The notes under the pieces were generated by a model that did no database searches, was not told where the DNA came from, and saw only the letters and a program-made list of their open reading frames with translations. The position numbers and the translations under genes are program-made. A stretch of 64,000 nucleotides of DNA, taken from NCBI RefSeq assembly GCF_009914755.1, contig NC_060937.1. The stretch is one strand, 5' to 3'. Shown one piece after another: positions 54,677-64,000 of the stretch (its first letter is position 1; every line of letters starts with the position of its first letter). The DNA comes from the human T2T-CHM13v2.0 reference genome, Homo sapiens.

Positions 54677-56096
54677 TAACGTCCCTTCCCTGCGTGTTAT
54701 TGTGGCAGGTGCTGGGAATATGGAGAATTGCGTTCTTGTCCCAGTCATGTATCCAACAATTTATGTGACTCTGTGGTCAGGAGACTACTTTGTAGTCCAC
54801 GTATTTTCCATCTCTTAAATAGGGGTAAATTCCTTGTCCATCTGTCTCTTCCAGGGTCACTTCTTCATGCTAATCTTTGGAAGTATTACAAAGAAAGTAT
54901 CTTAAGCATGAATTTCAGCCCATGTTTTTGTGTTCCTGTTCTTGGACCATTGGTTGGTTTCTTTGGAGACAGCTTCTGACTGTTATGCCAATTGTTACAA
55001 AGTCATGGATATCAAATTACAACCTATAGTTAATATTCAGCATTATTAGAATATTTTAAAGCAAAATTCACCAAATACAGAGCTTGTGGAGAGAATATGT
55101 GACATTGTCTTTCTTCCTGTAGTTCTTCAACAAAATCTGGTTTTATGGGGGTAAGATGTAATTTATAGCCAATGATGGTTTTCTGTACTGCAGTTAACAG
55201 CTATCAGAAGAAAAATTCTCTAGTTTTAAAGAACTTAAATTTGAATGATGATGATAAGTGAATAAATATAAGAAATATACTTCTAAAGTAATAAAGAAAT
55301 TTATATAAATACCATCCAGTTTGTAATAGCAGCAGTGGAAAAAAATCACAGAACCATTTTATTAAGAATTTGGATAGACTGAATGGTATTATTATGTGAA
55401 TTTTATTTTATTATTATTATTATTATTATTTTTGAGACTCACTCTGTCACCCAGGCTAGAATGCAATGACACGATCTCAGCTTACTGCAACCTCCATCTC
55501 CTGGGTTCAAGGGATTCTTCCTGCCTCAGCCTCCTAAGTAGCTGAGATTACAGGCACCCGCCACCAAGCCAGGCTAATTTTGTATATTTAGTAGAGATGG
55601 GGTTTCACCAGGCTGGTCTCAAACGCCTGACCTCGGGTGATCTGCCTGCCTTGGCTTCCCAAAATGCTGGGATTACAGATGTAAGCCACCATGCCTGGCC
55701 TATTATGTGAATTTTATATTTAAAAAAATTGAGTTTGCTTCTGTTTGATCTTATGGAACATGTCAATTTTATATTTTCCTTTAAATATGATGCTGTAGCT
55801 GGGTGTGGTGGTGCATGCCTGTAATTCAGCCACTCCAGAGGCTGAAGTGGGAGGATCACCTGAGCCCAGGAGTTTGAGGCTGCAGTGAGCTATAATAGTG
55901 TCACTGCACTTCAGTCTGAGTGACAGTGAGACCCCGTCTCTAAAAAAACACAAACAACAAGACAAAACCAAAAAATGATGCTGTAGTGACATTAGACAGT
56001 GATTTTTAAAATATCTTACTGAACCCTGTGTATGTAGGTGTAAAGAATTTACTGGGGGTAATCCCAGAACTTTGGGAGGCCGAGGTGGGCAGATCA

Positions 56097-56378
<282 letters not shown>

Positions 56379-56684
56379 TTAAAAAAACTTTTCAATTTAG
56401 TTTCTAATAGGAAAACCTAAAATTCAACTTGTTTATTTCTTTGTAGAAGTAACTCTAAAAATTGAAAATTAAAGCTATCTGGTATTGAGACAGGAGACTT
56501 GATTTTTCTTAGATAATATTTGTCAATTTCTAAAATTTAGAAGCTCCTAGAGGATAGAGGTCTTATTGATTCTGTTTACTTTATATGACCAGCTCTGTTT
56601 GTGGTATATACTCAATATATGTTTGACTATTATTATTATTTTATAAATAATATAATATAATAGTAGTATTTATTATTATTATCA

Positions 56685-57512
56685 CAATATTCATGACTCA
56701 TGGGAGGAGGTAAAAACATCAACATTAACAGAAGTTCAGAAGAAATCAATCCTGATCCTCCTGAATGACTTTGGAGATTAAAGTTTTCAGTGGAGGAGGG
56801 AACTGCAGATGTGATGGAAATAGCAAAAGAACTGGAATTAGAAGTGGAGCCTGAAAATCTGACTGAATTGCTGAAATCTCATGATAAAACTTGAATGGAT
56901 AAGGAATTTCTTCTTATGGATGAGCAAAGAAAGTGGTTTCTTGAGATGAAATCTGCTCCTGGTGAATATGCTGTGAACATTCTTGAAATGACAACAAACG
57001 ATTTAGAATATTACATAACCTTAGTCGATAAAGCAGCCAGAAGGGTTTGAGAGGATAGACTGCAACTTGGAAAGAAGTTGTTCTGTGGTTAATGCTATGA
57101 AACAGGATTGCATGCTACAGAGAAATCTTTCATGAAAGGAACAGTCAATTGGTGCAGCAAACTTCATATGTGTCTTATTTTAATAAATTGCCACAGCCAC
57201 CCCAACCTTAAGCAACCAGCACCCTGATCATTAAGCATTAAGGCAAGACCCTCCACCAGGAAAAATATTGTAACTTGTGAAGATTAGATAATCATCAGCA
57301 TTTCTTAGCAATAAAGTATTTTTAAATTAAGGTATGTATGTTGTTTTTTATAGACGTAATGCTATTGCACACTTAATAGACTACGGTATAATGGAAACAT
57401 AACTTTTATATGCACTGGGAAACCAAAAAGTTTCTGTGACTTGCTTTATTGCAATATTTGTTTTATTGCAGTGATCTGGAACTAAACCTACAATATCTCT
57501 GAAGTATGCCTG
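56685..57512 (+). mobile_element. Tigger1 DNA transposon 3' part (decayed transposase C-terminus and right TIR)
   Basis: tcatgggaggagg...actgcagatgtg..ggaaatagcaa..gaactggaattagaagtggagcctgaa...gatgagcaaagaaagtggtttcttgagatg, ending in the TIR caatatctctgaagtatgcctg. Confidence 0.88.
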
Positions 57513-57929
57513 CATATGCTTTTAAAAGATATGTTAGATTTAAAATAATCACTATATGTTCATTGCATATAAATAGAAGGTTTCTTGACAATATATTTAT
57601 AAAGTAGCTGTATGTTTATACAAAAGGTGCACAAATGCTTATCTGAGCATCGGGTCCTCAGTGTCTTACTTCTTAGGTGTTTGATGGTTTTGATGGTTTT
57701 TGTTGATTGAAACCACCTATTTGAGCCCTTTTTAAAAATTATTTATTTATTTATTTATTTGTTGATACAGCATCTCCTTACTCTGTGACCCAGGCTGGAG
57801 TGCAGTGGTGTGATCATAGCTCACTGTAACCTTGAACTCTTGGGCTCAAACGATCTTCCTACCTCAGTCTCCTGAGTAGCTGGGACTACCAGCATTTTCC
57901 ACCATGCCTGGCTTATTTTTAATTTTTAA

Positions 57930-58220
<291 letters not shown>

Positions 58221-58636
58221 TAGCCAATTTTTAAAATTTTTTTTAGAGATGGGGCCTCTCTTTGTCGCCCAGGCTGGTCTTGAATGCCTGGCCTCAAGCA
58301 GTCCTCCTACCTCAGCCTCCCAAAGTGTTGGGATTACAGGCATTAGCCACAATGTGCAGCCTATTTGGACAATGTTTGATTCAGAAATCACAGATCCAGA
58401 TATAGTGGAGCACCTGTAATCCCAGCTACTTGTGAAGCAGAGATGGGAGGACTGCTTCAGCCTAGTAGTTCCAGACCAGCCTGGGTAACACAGTGAGACC
58501 CTGTTCCCCCCGCTCCACCACCCCCCACCAAAAAAAAAAAAAAACAAACCCACAGAAAGTCCTACTCACATTTTGACTTACTCTTACTTCCTGCGTGAAT
58601 GACCAAGTTATAGGAGAATGCAGCTGAATCATTTGA

Positions 58637-59050
<414 letters not shown>

Positions 59051-60042
59051 TGAAACAGCAACCAGTTTCATTTGAGCGGCCTTACCATTTGAAAATAAAT
59101 GATGCCATATTTAACCAGATGGTGAGTATGGAATTACTTTATATAAACTCAACTTGATGCCAATAGTTTTACATATATCGAACAAGTAATTAATTTAAAA
59201 ATGTTCCGAAAAATACCATACAAAACTGTACCTTTTTGGCATTAGTAACATAAAATAAAGACATTAAAAATTATCAATTTTGTAGTCTTTACTTTTTTAC
59301 TGTTAAAGAAGAATGTGGCTGGGCATGGTGGTTCATACCTGTAATCCCAGCACTTTGGGAGACTGAGGCGGGCAGATCACTTGAGGGGAGGAGTTCGAGA
59401 CCAGCCTGGCTAACCTGATGAAACCCCATCTCTACCAAAATTATAAAATACTAGCTGGGTGTGGTGGCATGTGCCTGTAATCCCAGCTACTTGGGAGGCT
59501 AAGGCAGGAGAATCACTTGAACTCTGGAAAAAAAAAAGAAACTCCCAAATTGCTTGAACCTGGGGGGCAGATGATCGAGTGAGCGGAGATCATGCCACTG
59601 CACTCCAGCCTGGGCAACAGAGCAAGACTCAGCCTCAAAAAAAAAAAAAGAAAAGGAATGTGATCCTGGTTGGTACAACTTTAGTTTCTGCTTTCCAACT
59701 GCTTCAGTTTTCTTCATGCAATTATTTTTCATTTTTCATGTAAAAAATAACTAAAAATACTTTTTGTAAAAATTTAACTTACAAAAAATATATGACACCT
59801 ATGGAATTGCCTCCTAAAATTCACTCTCTGCCCTGTACCTCAAATGCTACTTTCCTCACCAGAAGTAACCACTGATAATACTTTGTTCTACATTCCTGAT
59901 CTATTTTCTATTTTCTCTCTGTGTAAGTACAAACAATTCTATCTTTTGAATTTCATATATGGGATTATATCACACATATTTTTTCTATAACTTAATGCTT
60001 TCACTTGTTTTTTTCCATAACAGTGTACAGAAATCCAGCTAA

Positions 60043-60279
<237 letters not shown>

Positions 60280-60988
60280 TAAGTAATCAATAAAATACTA
60301 TCTACTGCACTTTTTTTTGGTTTTATCATATCTCTATTAATAAATCATTTAGAAACTCCTCCAAGATTTCAGCTACAAAATATGTTATCATGAACTTTCT
60401 TATACATGCTTCTTCAATTGCTTTCTTTTCTTCTAGTGAATTGCCTTAGGAGACTCGTTCTTCGTATTTGGGGTCTTGGGTATTGACTGCAAAGATTGAA
60501 ATATGAAATGTGGAGGTGCTACTTTTGACTTTTCCAAAGTTTTCCAGCTGAATCTAGGGTGAGAAGTAAACTTTTCTCTTCTCTGAGATTCCCCATGAAC
60601 TTGAGGGGAAGGAGAGAATATGGTAATGGCAAGAAACTTGGAGATCCACGTGTTGACTAGCTCTCATTTCCCAAATAAACAAACAAAAATCTTGCTTGAC
60701 ATGATATTCCTTTATAGCTATGGTTTCTTCCTTTTCTTCACATTGCAGTCAAGCTTTGCTAAAGAGAAATTGCTAAGTGCTCACTTCCCATTCAGTTCTC
60801 CACCCGCTGCTATGTGGGCCCTACCCCACCACAGCCTCCACTTCTGAAACTGCTCCTTCAAGGCCTTCTGCTTACTACATTCTTTGGATGCATTTCAGGC
60901 CCTTCATCACCTGGCCTCTAGGCACCGCTCAACACTCTTGATCACTTCCTGCAGGAGCTCTCACCTCCTTTGGTTTCAGTGACACTAC

Positions 60989-61513
60989 TGTATCAGTTAG
61001 CTCTGGTTTGGACGAAAGTAACAGAAAACTCGACCCAAATTGGTTTAAGCAATAAGGAACTTCATAGATTCATGTAAATAGAAATCTAGAGGTAGAGCAA
61101 GCATCAGGCTTGGCTCCAGCTCCAGATGTCTGGGATTCTCCAGTTTTGGCTTTCTTCCTTCGTATGGCTTTCTTCTCTGATTGGCAGGGAGAGAGAGCTG
61201 CAGCAAGTCTAGGCTTCGTATTTATCTAGGATGACATCTGAAGAAGGAAAAGTATAATTGCTAAGAGTTCTTCCAACAAAGTAATGAAGAATTTGTCTGA
61301 ATCCCCGTCAAACTTTTCTTGAATCTCATGAGGTCACCAGCTCCTTGCAGTCACCAGCAAAGGGGGTGGGATTATTTTTAGACAAATCAGGTCACCTCTT
61401 GGAACTAGAGACATTCAACTTCCTTAGAGGCCCATGGACTTCATGTGGGTAGGAATTATGTGAAGGAGTGCAGGGAATTGACACTTGTTAGGAAACCAAC
61501 AGTGTCCACCACA
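60989..61513. mobile_element. MLT1-type (ERVL-MaLR) solo LTR inserted in an L2 relic (~60820-61980)
   Basis: Begins tgtatcagttag...aagtaacagaaaactcgacccaaattggtttaagcaataagg and ends ...aacagtgtccaccaca; the flanks carry L2 motifs (gatgactcccaaat, catctcaaactca). Confidence 0.55.
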
Positions 61514-62269
61514 GCATTCTTCTGATTTTTTTTTTTTCCATCTCTGGTTGCTCTTCTTGGTCCCCTACTAACTTCCTCTTCCTCTGCTTAGCCCTTCCGT
61601 GTGGATGGGCCCCCGAGTACCACTCTTGCTTTCTTCTCTTCCCGTTGTTCATGTTATTCCTGGGACAGTTTATTCACTCTCAAGGCTGTGTATGCCGATG
61701 ACTCCCAAATATATAACCCCAGTCCATAGAGTTTTTCTAAACAGTAGACTCTTTTAGCCAATCACATATTGAACATCTCCACTGGATTATCCCATATGCA
61801 TCTCAAACTCATCATGTCCCAAACTAAATTCATCAATATGGCCTGAAGACCAGCAGCACATCCTTCTATATTCCCAATCTCAGTGGATGGCATCATCAAA
61901 CACGATTCCCTAGGTCATTGTAGACCTCTTTTCTTCCCTGACATGGAAGCAGTCACAAAACCATGTGGATCTAGCCACTGCAATTTAGCTTAAGGCTACA
62001 GTCCATGAGAAATGTTTTCTGTATTATGCTCTCCCCCCAATTCAGGATGTGTTATGTGACGTTATGATACTTCATATATATCTCTATAACAGCACTTCTT
62101 TTTTATGTTTTTTTATTTGTTTTGTAGAGATGGGGTTTTGCCATGTTTCTCAGGCTGTTCTCAAACTTCTGGGCTGAAAGAGATCTGCTCGCCTCTGCCT
62201 CCCAAAGTGCTGGGATTACAGGCATGAGCCACCACACCGGGCCTATAAGAGCACTACTATTGTTCACTA

Positions 62270-62677
<408 letters not shown>

Positions 62678-64000
62678 TTAGATGAGTATTTAATGACTTT
62701 AGTTATTATTATTATTATTATTTTTAGAGACAGGGTCTCACTGTCACTCAGGCTGGAGTGCAGTGGTGGGATCATAGCTCACTACAACTTCAAACTTCTG
62801 GACTCAAGCAATCCTCTCGCCTCAGCCTCTCAAGTAGCTAGGACTATAGGTGCTTGTCACCACACCCAGACAATTTTTATTTTTTATAGAGACAGGGTCT
62901 TCCTATGTTGCTTGGGCTGCTCTCAAACTCCTGGGCTCAAGCAATCCTCCCACCTTGGCCTCCCAAAATGTTGGAATTACAGGTGTGAGCCACCACACTC
63001 AGCTGACCTTAGTCTTTAAATACTTATTAAACCACTATTATTTCCAGACATTCTTTCAATCTCTGACTGTCTGATGCTCTTCCTTGACAGATTTGGTTCT
63101 GCGGTTGGGATGGGTGGAGTCAGTGGGAAAATGCCAGAAACTGTGTCCTAAGGCAGTGAGTGCCAGGTCAGGGCCAGTGTAAACAATATAAAAGCAGGTC
63201 AGAGATCCAAATAAGATTGGATGAATCTAGGAAGCTAAGGCATGAAGCCAACTGGGTTGGTGTCTGTGTTTTTGAAGAGGCTGGTGGAAAGGAAATCTTA
63301 GACTTAATCTCAGGTCCATGAGAGACATCTGTGGCAGTTTTTTATTCACTTTAAGATGCTCACAGTGTCATAGTCCCTGGGATACAAAGATGAATAGGAG
63401 CTCATGGTTTTGTGGGAAAACAGATAGGTTAAAAAAAAAAAAACTTACACTTTGATGTAAGAAGAGACATAATAAAGCAAACGTATACAACATTTGCTTG
63501 GAATAAATTGTGATGACTTTGGAAAAATTCTGGTTATGGAAGTTTTTGTTTGTTTTTTAAAAGAGAACACCTCGAATTTGGCATTTCAGCTCCTCAGATG
63601 TCCTCAGGACAAATAACACCCTTTGATACATAGAAAAAAGTTGGATGGTTCTATTATTCCAAAAGGATCCACATCACAACTTTTTTCCAGGGCTCATAGG
63701 GCCTGCTACTCTGCTACTCTGTGGAAATCTTTTCAGTATCTTTATACTAAAGCTTTAAATATGAAAGTTTGTTTTTGAGGGTGGTTTTTATGCAGAGAAA
63801 AGATTATTCAGAGTTTACTCCAGATATATGAAAATTAATATCTAATATATTAAAATTAAATTTATAAACTATACATTTAAATTATTAATTATAAGTACCT
63901 GTTTTTTCCTTAAGCTTAGTTTAACTTCTGTAATCGTTTCATTAAATAAGCATTCTGTCCCTATCTTTATCTCATTTCCTCCTGTAAGTCCCATAATGTA

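Noticed and set aside
56685-57512. Domesticated Tigger transposase gene
   Set aside because: 3' fragment only, diverged from consensus, and no ORF of 60 aa or more in the track.

Overview
Primate DNA, almost certainly human (it carries an AluYa5). It covers the 3' end of KLF5 (end of the last intron, the terminal coding exon with zinc fingers 2-3, and a ~1.65 kb 3'UTR) and then ~57 kb of Alu-dense intergenic DNA. My manual count is roughly 70-75 Alu copies or fragments, plus old L1, L2, MIR, MLT1, MER5 and Tigger1 relics. Three L1-mediated retrocopies are embedded here: a full-length FABP5 processed copy with an intact 135-codon ORF and perfect 16-bp TSDs, a U6 snRNA pseudogene, and a ~0.8 kb 3'UTR-only retrocopy of an mRNA I cannot identify, with AATAAA, poly(A), TSDs and a later AluY insertion. 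Other notable structures are a perfect 22-bp-arm palindrome, a young AluYa5, nested Alus, Alus with internal templated inversions, and AT-rich arrays grown from retroelement tails. Nearly all other ORFs in the track are Alu or low-complexity artefacts. I found no evidence of a new multi-gene system. Repeat subfamily calls and boundaries are by eye and approximate.
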